DNA from: an uncultured bacterium
GTDB lineage: Bacteria > Fidelibacterota > Marinisomatia > Marinisomatales > CAZVFT01
DNA: 52,361 nucleotides
Direction: 5' to 3'
Assembly: GCA_964626495.1 (NCBI GenBank)
Contig: CAZVFT010000004.1
Location: forward strand, 1-52,361
Under the pieces are notes generated by a model. That model was not told where the DNA came from, searched no databases, and was given only the letters and a program-made list of their open reading frames with translations. The stretch's first letter is position 1, and the number at the start of each line of letters is the position of its first letter. Position numbers and translations under genes: made by a program. Shown here in pieces: positions 1 through 7,547 of this stretch.

Positions 1-62
1 GAAAAATACCTGGTTTGGTGTTTCCTGACCGGACAGGTTAAACCTAAGTCTTTTTCTAGCCA

Positions 63-2489
63 TTACTCCTCTAAAATCAACTCCTCCTCCATCAAGTAGA
101 GAAATCGCTCATCGTTGATCAATTTTGCTCTATCGAGCATTTTTGTAATAGGGACATCTGTTTCAAACATCTCGAGAATTTTCATCAGTTCTGATTTTGT
201 TTTGAGGTTAAATTCAAATGATAATGGTTCTACCCCTTTGTAGATTTGTAAATCGTACTTATCTTCTTCAAGGTTTGCCTTTTTCCGGGCAACTTCAATA
301 GCGGTATCCAGTCCACCTAAAATGTCCACAAGACCTTTTTCCTTTGCATCAATCCCGGACCAAATTCGTCCCTGGGCAACAGCATCCACTTCCTCAATTG
401 TCATCCCTCGACCTTCCGATACCCGGTCAAGAAACTGTTCATAATAACTGTCCACAATAGCCTGCATTTGTTGACCTTCTTCTTCCGTGAACGTTCTATG
501 CATCCCAAATTGCTCTGCATGTGGAGTTTCCTTGATAATATCAACGTTATAGCCAATTTTCTTAAACAACCCACCAAGGGAAATCTTTCCGGATAGAACT
601 CCAATGGATCCCGTGATGCAGGCTGAATCCGCCACAATCGTATCAGCAGCACAGGAAATATAATAGCCACCAGACCCCGCCACATTCGCCATAGAGATGA
701 TGAACGGTTTTTGATTCTCCTCATCTGCCGAGTCAGGATGAGTCGTTCGGTGGACCTCTCGCCAGATATCCTCGGATGCCAGTACCGATCCCCCCGGACT
801 GTTCACACGCATCACAATGGCTTTCACCGATTTATCCTCACGAGCCGCCTGGATGGCACCTGCTGTGGTCTCTGAACCGATGATCTTATCTCCACCAAAT
901 GGAGAAGGTTCACTCTTACCGGGATAAATGGGACCCTCGGCATAAATTAAAGCTATCTTTGGTCCGATAACAGGTTCCCAATCGTATACCCACTGTCTTG
1001 GTAACTTATTCACCTTTTTAATCTTAACTTTCTCCCCAGCAATTTCTTTCATCTTCGTTTCGATCTGATCCGGGTGAAAAATACCGTCTATGAGTCCCGT
1101 TTCCAGAGCCATAGGAGGTGTGTAAAGAGCTTTGGCATATACCTCATTCAGCTTTTCTGGAGTCCAGTTTCTACCTTTCAGAATCATCTCTGAAAAGACA
1201 GTATGGAGATCATTTAAAACGGCTTCATAGGCTTCGCGGCTGGTTTCTGTCAAGTGTTCCCTTGTAAACGGCTCTGCTGCTGTTTTGTAATCTCCCCGAC
1301 GATAAAATTGAGCTTCCACCCCAATTTTGTCAAACAGCCCTTTTAAAAAACCAACACCCAGTGCTAGACCATCTACAGCTAAAAATCCCCCTCTGTTCAG
1401 GTAAATGGAATCAGCCACACAGGCGAGGGCATAGGAAACGTCAGAACCGGAATCCATGAAAGCATATATCTTCTTCCCGGATTGTTTAAAATAACGGAAA
1501 GCCTGAATCAACTCGTCCATCATTCCCATACCGGAATGATAATTGTCTGGTTTGAGAATAATTCCGTCAATAGTAGGATTATCAGTCATATCCCGGATTT
1601 TTTGAATCAAATCCCGGAGAGTGATTGTCTTTGGACCAAAAAAGACCTTAGGAGTGGGAGAGTCCGTGATGGGCGTATCAAATGCCATTTCTACGAAGGT
1701 GGAAGCCTTTTTTGGTATTATTGAACGACGGATTTCTTGGGAGACATGGAAACCCACGAGACTCGACCCATATTGATTGTCTTCATCAAGATTGTGATAT
1801 GTTTCCATACTGGCTTCTCCAAACCCGATACCAATTCCTATTTGAATCCCATTATCCTTCGTGTTGTAACTGGTAAATAGTTTGATACCATCAATCGGTT
1901 CGGTGTTTATTTGAAGGACTCCACCAAGATCTGTCACATTCTCGAAAAAAGTCTCCGCATCAAAAGAAAGGCGATGATCATAAGCAATAGTCATCCGGTT
2001 GCCAAATGGTCGGAATGCAATTCCGAGTCCAAACTCCTGCGGAAGTCTTACACCTTTACGTTCACGTGACCATAGATTCTTCCACGAAAGACCAGAAGAA
2101 ATCCATGAAAATCCACGGTACATCATCCCGAGGTCGATCTTTTCGTAACCATCACTCGAGAAATGGGTGGTAGATCCCAAATAAATGCCTTTCCAGAAAT
2201 GTTCACCACTTCCCCAGTGAAAGAGATCAGGATCCTCCTTCAGGTAGGTGAAACCAAAGCCGGTGCGTCCAGCTTGAAAATAGACACCAAAATCCTCTTG
2301 AGTTGAATCCAGCTTGGTAAAGTCCAGAGGGCTCAGAAAGAGCATATTAAAACCCCGTGAAACACCAAGTCCCGCTGGATTGATAACGAGACCGGATGCA
2401 TCATCCGAAACAGTGACAGATGTATTTGGAATAAATTGACCAAAAATAGAAAATGACAAAAGCATAATAACAATACTGATTTTTTTCAT
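63..2489 (-). CDS. sppA: Signal peptide peptidase SppA, 67K type (two tandem S49 domains) with an extra ~250-aa N-terminal signal peptide + beta-strand-rich domain
   Basis: 808-aa ORF. Second S49 repeat has the catalytic-Ser block 'MANVAGSGGYYISCAADTIVADSACITGSIGV'. First repeat: 'FMDSGSDVSYALACVADSIYLNRGG...RRGDYKTAAEPF'. N-terminus 'MKKISIVIMLLSFSIFGQ' looks like a cleavable signal peptide. SD-like AAGGGGA lies upstream of ATG 2489. Confidence 0.85.
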   Translation of the reverse strand: MKKISIVIMLLSFSIFGQFIPNTSVTVSDDASGLVINPAGLGVSRGFNMLFLSPLDFTKLDSTQEDFGVYFQAGRTGFGFTYLKEDPDLFHWGSGEHFWKGIYLGSTTHFSSDGYEKIDLGMMYRGFSWISSGLSWKNLWSRERKGVRLPQEFGLGIAFRPFGNRMTIAYDHRLSFDAETFFENVTDLGGVLQINTEPIDGIKLFTSYNTKDNGIQIGIGIGFGEASMETYHNLDEDNQYGSSLVGFHVSQEIRRSIIPKKASTFVEMAFDTPITDSPTPKVFFGPKTITLRDLIQKIRDMTDNPTIDGIILKPDNYHSGMGMMDELIQAFRYFKQSGKKIYAFMDSGSDVSYALACVADSIYLNRGGFLAVDGLALGVGFLKGLFDKIGVEAQFYRRGDYKTAAEPFTREHLTETSREAYEAVLNDLHTVFSEMILKGRNWTPEKLNEVYAKALYTPPMALETGLIDGIFHPDQIETKMKEIAGEKVKIKKVNKLPRQWVYDWEPVIGPKIALIYAEGPIYPGKSEPSPFGGDKIIGSETTAGAIQAAREDKSVKAIVMRVNSPGGSVLASEDIWREVHRTTHPDSADEENQKPFIISMANVAGSGGYYISCAADTIVADSACITGSIGVLSGKISLGGLFKKIGYNVDIIKETPHAEQFGMHRTFTEEEGQQMQAIVDSYYEQFLDRVSEGRGMTIEEVDAVAQGRIWSGIDAKEKGLVDILGGLDTAIEVARKKANLEEDKYDLQIYKGVEPLSFEFNLKTKSELMKILEMFETDVPITKMLDRAKLINDERFLYLMEEELILEE

Positions 2490-2513
2490 AGCAATTCCCC
2501 TTGTTTTTCGTGC

Positions 2514-3422
2514 TTATGAATTCGCATAAATATTTCTCATGAGCTCTTCAAATTTAACTCTTTTTATGGTACTCTTCCAAAAAATTCGGCGATATTCTTC
2601 CAATGTTAATTCCTGCCACCCCTCTTTTGTTTTTTCAACAATTTCCACACGAGGTAAAAATTCTCCCTTCTGACTCTGTTTTGCAAAGCGTTTGTTCCAA
2701 GGACATACCTCCTGACAGATATCACATCCAAAAATCCAGCCATTTAGCTGATTTTTAAATTCATCGGGAAGTTCGCCCCTATTTTCGATTGTGTGATAGG
2801 AAATACAACTCCTGGCATCCAGCACATAATCGGAAAGTGCACTCGTTGGACAGGCATCGATACAAGCTGTGCACGTCCCACACATATCTTCGTCAAAAGG
2901 TAAATCATAATCAAGCTCTATATCCAGAATCAATTCCCCAAGGAAAAGCCAGCTTCCATAGTCTCTGGTAATCAAATTAGTATGCTTCCCCAGCCATCCT
3001 AATCCCGCACGTTGAGCCCACGCTTTTTCTAATACGGGAGACGTATCAACACAGACAAGACCCCTTACTTCTGGCTTAACCTTTTGAATGTTTGGTACCA
3101 ACTTCCTGAGTTTCCGCTTCACCACATCGTGGTAATCATCTCCCCAGGCGTAGTTAGATATCTTTAAATTGGTATTTGCAGTTCCGTGGAAATAATTTAT
3201 CGCTACAGAGACGATTGACTTTGCTTCAGAAAAATAATTCCGGACGTCTTCTCTTTCTTCCATCCGATTTTCCATCCACTTCATGGTAGCGTGGTATCCA
3301 CGATTGATCCACTCCCGAAGTCGTAATGACTCCGCTTCCAAAGGTTGTGCTGGAGCAATCCCTACGAGGTCAAACCCAAGATTTTGCGCCTGTGATTTGA
3401 TGAATTCCGAAAGATTATTCAT
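2514..3422 (-). CDS. queG: Epoxyqueuosine reductase QueG
   Basis: Two 4Fe-4S motifs, 'CGTCTACIDACPT' and 'CDICQEVCPWN', plus 'GWLGKHTNLIT'. Likely start is ATG 3422 (MNNLSEFIK...), which overlaps the Nudix stop by 8 nt. The longest ORF would start at 3476. Confidence 0.85.
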   Translation of the reverse strand: MNNLSEFIKSQAQNLGFDLVGIAPAQPLEAESLRLREWINRGYHATMKWMENRMEEREDVRNYFSEAKSIVSVAINYFHGTANTNLKISNYAWGDDYHDVVKRKLRKLVPNIQKVKPEVRGLVCVDTSPVLEKAWAQRAGLGWLGKHTNLITRDYGSWLFLGELILDIELDYDLPFDEDMCGTCTACIDACPTSALSDYVLDARSCISYHTIENRGELPDEFKNQLNGWIFGCDICQEVCPWNKRFAKQSQKGEFLPRVEIVEKTKEGWQELTLEEYRRIFWKSTIKRVKFEELMRNIYANS

Positions 3423-3975
3423 GAGGAGAAATTGATCGGTCACCTGACAGAATTTTCTCAGCCCACAAAAGTCCAATGATGGCTTTTACATCCTTAATTT
3501 CTCCCTGCTGAATGAGGTCAAGGCAGGTTTCAATCTCACACGGAAACAGTTCAATCATTTCATCGTGGTCTGTGTTTTGAGATGTCCTATTCAGCTCTTC
3601 TGCCAGATAGAGCCATATTCGTTCATTGCTGTAGCCAATACAGGGATGAATCTCCCCAATTTGTTTGATCTTTCCTGCTCGATATGCTGTTTCTTCTTCC
3701 AGTTCCCGAATTACCGTCTCTTCTTTAGACTCTCCTTTGTCAATTTTACCAGCGGGGATTTCAATTTCCACTTCTCCAAGCGCATAGCGAAATTGTCGAA
3801 TTAACAGGATTTTCCCGTCAGGTAAAATGGGAATGATTGCCACCGCACCGGGATGTTTTATATATTCCCGAGTGGTTTCCCGTCCTGAAGAAAGACGTAC
3901 AACATCCCGCCAGACATCCAACAGTTTCCCCCTAAAAATGTGTTCCGTCCTAATCTGGGTTTCTTTTAACTCCAT
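3415..3975 (-). CDS. Nudix hydrolase (ADP-ribose pyrophosphatase-like)
   Basis: Nudix box 'GKIDKGESKEETVIRELEEETAY'. ATG at 3975 is preceded by TTG at 3978. GGAGG/GGAG SD-like sequences lie upstream. Confidence 0.8.
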   Translation of the reverse strand: MELKETQIRTEHIFRGKLLDVWRDVVRLSSGRETTREYIKHPGAVAIIPILPDGKILLIRQFRYALGEVEIEIPAGKIDKGESKEETVIRELEEETAYRAGKIKQIGEIHPCIGYSNERIWLYLAEELNRTSQNTDHDEMIELFPCEIETCLDLIQQGEIKDVKAIIGLLWAEKILSGDRSISPHE

Positions 3976-4005
3976 CAACTCCTCTCAACCTCCTTTAAAA
4001 TGGTT

Positions 4006-4048
4006 AGATAAGAAATGGGAGCGTAAAGACTATTGGAACGCTCCCATT
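4006..4048 (-). terminator. Rho-independent terminator candidate (11-bp perfect stem)
   Basis: 'aatgggagcgt' (4014-4024) pairs perfectly with 'acgctcccatt' (4038-4048) around a 13-nt loop. On the minus strand the stem runs into U-rich 'uuucuuaucu'. It lies ~260 nt downstream of the 4306 stop and ~35 nt upstream of the Nudix start. Confidence 0.45.
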
Positions 4049-4101
4049 CTGGTAAAACTAAATAGAGTCTGTCTATAATGTAGTGCTTTCTTTCTCTATA
4101 G

Positions 4102-4247
4102 CCCCGTCATTCATGGCGGGGTTAAAGATACTACAAACGCTCTGACGCCGTTCGCGGCGTTGTAAACGCTTAATATTCCAAATGATAAGGGCATGAATGC
4201 CCTACTAGAATTTTGACACATTCAAATCCCAGCCCTGAAGGGCTGGG
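4102..4247. repeat. Array of four unrelated GC-rich hairpins in an AT-rich spacer
   Basis: ccccg..cgggg (4102-4121); acgccg-ttcg-cggcgt (4145-4160), flanked by direct 'aaacgct' at 4135 and 4164; agggca-tgaa-tgccct (4188-4203); cccagccc-tgaa-gggctggg (4228-4247). Confidence 0.7.
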
Positions 4248-4270
4248 CTATTGAAACAAAGACTCGTGAC

Positions 4271-4299
4271 TTTATAGACAAACACTAAATAATCCCCAA
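4271..4299 (-). promoter_or_regulatory. Weak sigma70-like promoter candidate reading into the hairpin array
   Basis: Minus strand reads TTGGGG (4299-4294), 17-nt spacer, TATAAA (4276-4271). The -35 is poor and there is no experimental support. Confidence 0.2.
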
Positions 4300-4305
4300 T
4301 AACGA

Positions 4306-5052
4306 TTACAGGTCGTCCATAAGTTCTCTTGCCTCGTCTTGAAGAATTCGATCGCTTTCAGATTCTGGGGTTAGAGCAAGGGCTTTTTCATAGGCTTTTT
4401 TCGCACTATCTTCATCATCCAGCTCTTTAAACGTTTTTCCAAGCCAGACGTAATTACGAACATCTTCCGGATCCAGCTCAATGGCTTGTTTGAAAAAGCC
4501 GCGAGCTTCCTCAAAACTGGCTTTTGGCGGTTTAGCATAAATCAGACTGGCTATCTGTCGTTCGAACCAGCTCAAATCCGCTAACGTGTAATGCCAGCGA
4601 CCCATGACGTGATAAGTGCCATCATCCTCAGGATCCAGCTCTATAGCCTTCAACGTATGGTCTCGGACATGGTAAGAATTGAGAATCTTCTGCTTGGTAC
4701 CTTCGATAATTCCCACTTGACCGATGCAGATAGCATACCATTTATGAGATTCCGCTCGATTCGGATTCATATCCAGCGCTTCCTTTGCATAATCGAAAGC
4801 TATGTAGATCTGCTCATTACTGTACGCTTCATCGTCAGAGTTATCATAGAAATCGAAATGAGCTCTGGATAACCTCCAGATAACTTCGAAATCATTCTGT
4901 GCAATGGCTTCTGCTTTCTTCAGGACTTCATACACTGCATCATAGTCTTTGCCCTCATGCAGGTCGTCTGCCTGTTGCAACAGGTCACCTACCTCCTGAG
5001 CAAATAACCCCACAGAAATAGCGAGGATTGCCAAGAACAGTATTTTTTTCAT
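4306..5052 (-). CDS. Secreted TPR-like protein resembling the eukaryotic RMD (regulator of microtubule dynamics / FAM82) helical-repeat domain
   Basis: 248 aa. Signal peptide 'MKKILFLAILAISVGLFAQ'. 'ESHKWYAICIGQVG..EG.K.KI...Y...H...AIELDP.D....H.MGRWHY..A.LSW.ER.IA.....PP..S.EEA..FF..A.ELDP' matches my recollection of human RMDN1. GGAGGG SD lies 6 nt upstream of the ATG. Confidence 0.6.
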   Translation of the reverse strand: MKKILFLAILAISVGLFAQEVGDLLQQADDLHEGKDYDAVYEVLKKAEAIAQNDFEVIWRLSRAHFDFYDNSDDEAYSNEQIYIAFDYAKEALDMNPNRAESHKWYAICIGQVGIIEGTKQKILNSYHVRDHTLKAIELDPEDDGTYHVMGRWHYTLADLSWFERQIASLIYAKPPKASFEEARGFFKQAIELDPEDVRNYVWLGKTFKELDDEDSAKKAYEKALALTPESESDRILQDEARELMDDL

Positions 5053-5112
5053 GATATTCCCTCCTCTTTTGTAAAGTATTTAACGCATGTAATTTTTAAA
5101 TCCATCCTAAAC

Positions 5113-5274
5113 TTAAAGAGATTTTAAAAATGTTAATACTTTTGATTTAAACTTTTTAAATATATTCCCAATATTTTCTACTCCCTCTACCATCTGCTCC
5201 CATTCTATTTGAAAACCATAACTATGAATCACTACATGCCTAAACTTTCGATAAATATTTCGATGTTCAGCGTT
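5113..5274 (-). pseudogene. C-terminal remnant of a HEPN (DUF86) toxin gene; no start codon, N-terminal half missing
   Basis: Minus-strand frame reads 'NAEHRNIYRKFRHVVIHSYGFQIEWEQMVEGVENIGNIFKKFKSKVLTFLKSL*'. It contains the R-x4-H motif (RHVVIH) and the typical DUF86 C-terminal helix. An in-frame TGA lies at 5275-5277. The short ATG ORF starting at 5272 is in another frame and stops after 18 codons. Confidence 0.45.
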
Positions 5275-5284
5275 TCAGACTTGG

Positions 5285-5554
5285 TCATAAAATTCTCTTA
5301 CCGATAGCTTTAATATACAGGGTGAACTTTGTGGGTTGTGAAAGAGGGATTATATCTACTGGTATGTGAAGTTCCTTCTCCAGTTCTGCCCCTAATTTAT
5401 AAAGATTCCATCCGCTAACACCATCACATGCAAGATCAAGATCGTTTGCCTCTGTTGATTTATCCAAAGTACTGCCAAAGAGAATTATCTGTGTGGCTCC
5501 AAATTTTTTGGATATTGACACTGCCCTATCTATTTGTCTCTGGTTAACTGCCAT
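5285..5554 (-). CDS. MNT-type nucleotidyltransferase (antitoxin of HEPN/MNT modules)
   Basis: 89 aa with 'ILFGSTLDKSTEANDLDLACD' (GS...DxD nucleotidyltransferase signature). A HEPN remnant lies immediately downstream. Confidence 0.75.
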   Translation of the reverse strand: MAVNQRQIDRAVSISKKFGATQIILFGSTLDKSTEANDLDLACDGVSGWNLYKLGAELEKELHIPVDIIPLSQPTKFTLYIKAIGKRIL

Positions 5555-5568
5555 TACAACTGTATCTG

Positions 5569-6336
5569 TTAAAAGTATTCAATATACGTGATTTTCAACT
5601 CTCGACTAAAATAATCCACTCTGTTTTCATCAAACAACAGATTATTAAAATCCAGCTCAATGTGTAGATGTTCAACGAAAGTCCATCGAACAGCCGCATT
5701 CAGATACCCACCACTATTTAAAGACATTGTCTCTGCAGTTTCATCATTTTCGTTAAATGCTGCATTGTATTCAATTAGAATAGACAGTTCCGGGTTGAAT
5801 TCCATATCTATCCCAAAAAATAGATTGGGATCTTCATCGCCGTCAGTTCTTTCCGTAAAATTATAATTCGTACCACTATGAATACCCAGATTCCCCATAA
5901 AGGTTTTCCAGTTTTTACTGGCTGATAAATACACACCATAGGATTTTGTTTCATACCGTTTCATTGATTCATCAGAATTATAGGTACCAAACCCCTGTGT
6001 ATTAATCCCGATGGAAATCCCCGGCATAGATGTAGTTTCATCAATCAAATGGTATTTAATATTTGCTTCTGGACGTGGGTAGGCAACAGGAATTGTATCA
6101 CCAATGAGATAGCTGGCACCATACGAGAGACCAAACATAAATCTATCAGTAATACCCACTGATAAACCAGCGGTAAGTCCACCGTTGCGTTGAATTCGCA
6201 TTTCTAAGGAATAGCTTCCTCTTGTTAATGTACCTGCAGTGGGGATGGTCACAAGATCGGTAGGTGGGGGATATTCCAGAGTTTGACCTGCTGTAAATGT
6301 AACAATGAAAAGGGAAATGAATAATTTTATCCTCAT
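5569..6336 (-). CDS. Outer-membrane beta-barrel protein, unknown family
   Basis: Signal peptide 'MRIKLFISLFIVTFTAGQ', alternating beta-strand pattern, C-terminal 'ITYIEYF' (terminal Phe). Start ATG 6336 has GGAG 8 nt upstream. The longest ORF starts at 6348. Confidence 0.55.
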   Translation of the reverse strand: MRIKLFISLFIVTFTAGQTLEYPPPTDLVTIPTAGTLTRGSYSLEMRIQRNGGLTAGLSVGITDRFMFGLSYGASYLIGDTIPVAYPRPEANIKYHLIDETTSMPGISIGINTQGFGTYNSDESMKRYETKSYGVYLSASKNWKTFMGNLGIHSGTNYNFTERTDGDEDPNLFFGIDMEFNPELSILIEYNAAFNENDETAETMSLNSGGYLNAAVRWTFVEHLHIELDFNNLLFDENRVDYFSRELKITYIEYF

Positions 6337-6403
6337 AATAGGCTCCATTTTTGTTTCAATATACTTTCACAGAAAGTTAAAATCAAGGTTAGAAGTGTCC
6401 TAT

Positions 6404-7399
6404 TTAATAAATAACGGGATAGACAACTTTTCCATCCCGCTGTTCAATTTCTCCTACAGAAGGCAGGGGTATAACCAGAATATCGTCATCATCGAGCAAT
6501 TTAAATCGGACATATTTATCATTCATCTGAATAAGGTCACCTTCTAAGATTTGACCGTTTTTCAAATATATTGTATCAGAAGATTTCTGGATTTCTTCAG
6601 TTAACAATGTTCCCGATTCTTCTTGAGGTTTCCATCCGGCTACTACTCGTTCACGAATATCCTTGATGATCTCTGAACTCTCTTCTAACATATTATCCAA
6701 GCCGGACTGTTTTCCCGATTCTACATCCCTCCCCTTTTCTTCTTCGGGAATCACAACACCTACATGACTTACTTTCGCACCGGTTGAATCATATTCCGTG
6801 AGTTCACAAAACCGGCTCTCAGGATCATAATAGGTCCGAAACAACCGTACTATCTTCCCTCCTGGATAGCTGATCCAACGTTCTTCCTTAATGTTCCCTT
6901 TATCAAAATAATCGTGAAAGATAGCTCCAAATTTCGTCCCATCCACACTATAAAATTGATAACTATCAATTTCCCCATCAGGTAAATAATCGTACTGTGT
7001 AATGCGATCTCGGAATTCTCTGTATCGTTCTTCAGGAAAATTGTATTCAATAAAAGCCATAGACATATCTTCAGAACCATAGACGTACATCATTTCAATT
7101 TCACCCTGTCCGTTATAATGTAGTTTTCGTATAAGATTTCCAGTATGGTCATATTCAAATATCTCTTCCCATATCAAATTACCCATAACATCAACTTTCG
7201 ACTTAGAGACCGGCTTATCATCAGAATCGAAAAATGCCCTGATATATTCACGCCCAGTAAGCTCTGTTGCTTCCATGGTGGTACCCCTAATGAAATCTTG
7301 CTCAGTTTGATAGTACTTTACAACAACAGGCTCTTGGGCGGAAACTGTTATAATAAAAAGCAGAAAAAATACTGTCGGCAGCAACCTCATCAATTTCAA
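6404..7399 (-). CDS. Secreted hypothetical protein with YD/RHS-like repeat signatures
   Basis: Signal peptide 'MKLMRLLPTVFFLLFIITVSAQEP'. Repeat-like 'FEYDHTGNLIRKLHYNGQGE' and 'TEYDSTGAKV'. No catalytic motif recognised. Confidence 0.45.
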   Translation of the reverse strand: MKLMRLLPTVFFLLFIITVSAQEPVVVKYYQTEQDFIRGTTMEATELTGREYIRAFFDSDDKPVSKSKVDVMGNLIWEEIFEYDHTGNLIRKLHYNGQGEIEMMYVYGSEDMSMAFIEYNFPEERYREFRDRITQYDYLPDGEIDSYQFYSVDGTKFGAIFHDYFDKGNIKEERWISYPGGKIVRLFRTYYDPESRFCELTEYDSTGAKVSHVGVVIPEEEKGRDVESGKQSGLDNMLEESSEIIKDIRERVVAGWKPQEESGTLLTEEIQKSSDTIYLKNGQILEGDLIQMNDKYVRFKLLDDDDILVIPLPSVGEIEQRDGKVVYPVIY

Positions 7400-7460
7400 A
7401 TTACAAAATTGATAAGAAGTATCAAAGCCATGAATGAAGTATTTTTGTTATGACAACTTG

Positions 7461-7489
7461 TTGACATGACGAAATTGTTATGGTAATTT
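7461..7489 (+). promoter_or_regulatory. Sigma70-like promoter candidate for the plus-strand surface locus
   Basis: TTGACA (7461-7466), 17-nt spacer, TAATTT (7484-7489), 58 nt upstream of ATG 7548. It sits among 'TTGTTATG' boxes at 7445 and 7475 and 'TTGTTGACATGAC' at 7458. Confidence 0.35.
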
Positions 7490-7547
7490 TCAAGCCGGTA
7501 GAGGGTAAAAACGAAAAGCTTTCCCACATATACCTTATTATAAAGAA

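Noticed and set aside
1-62. Terminator downstream of sppA
   Set aside because: Only short 4-5-bp pairings are present (cctg/cagg, ggttt/aaacc), with an 'attttt' run at the window edge. This is too weak, and too truncated by the window boundary, to call.
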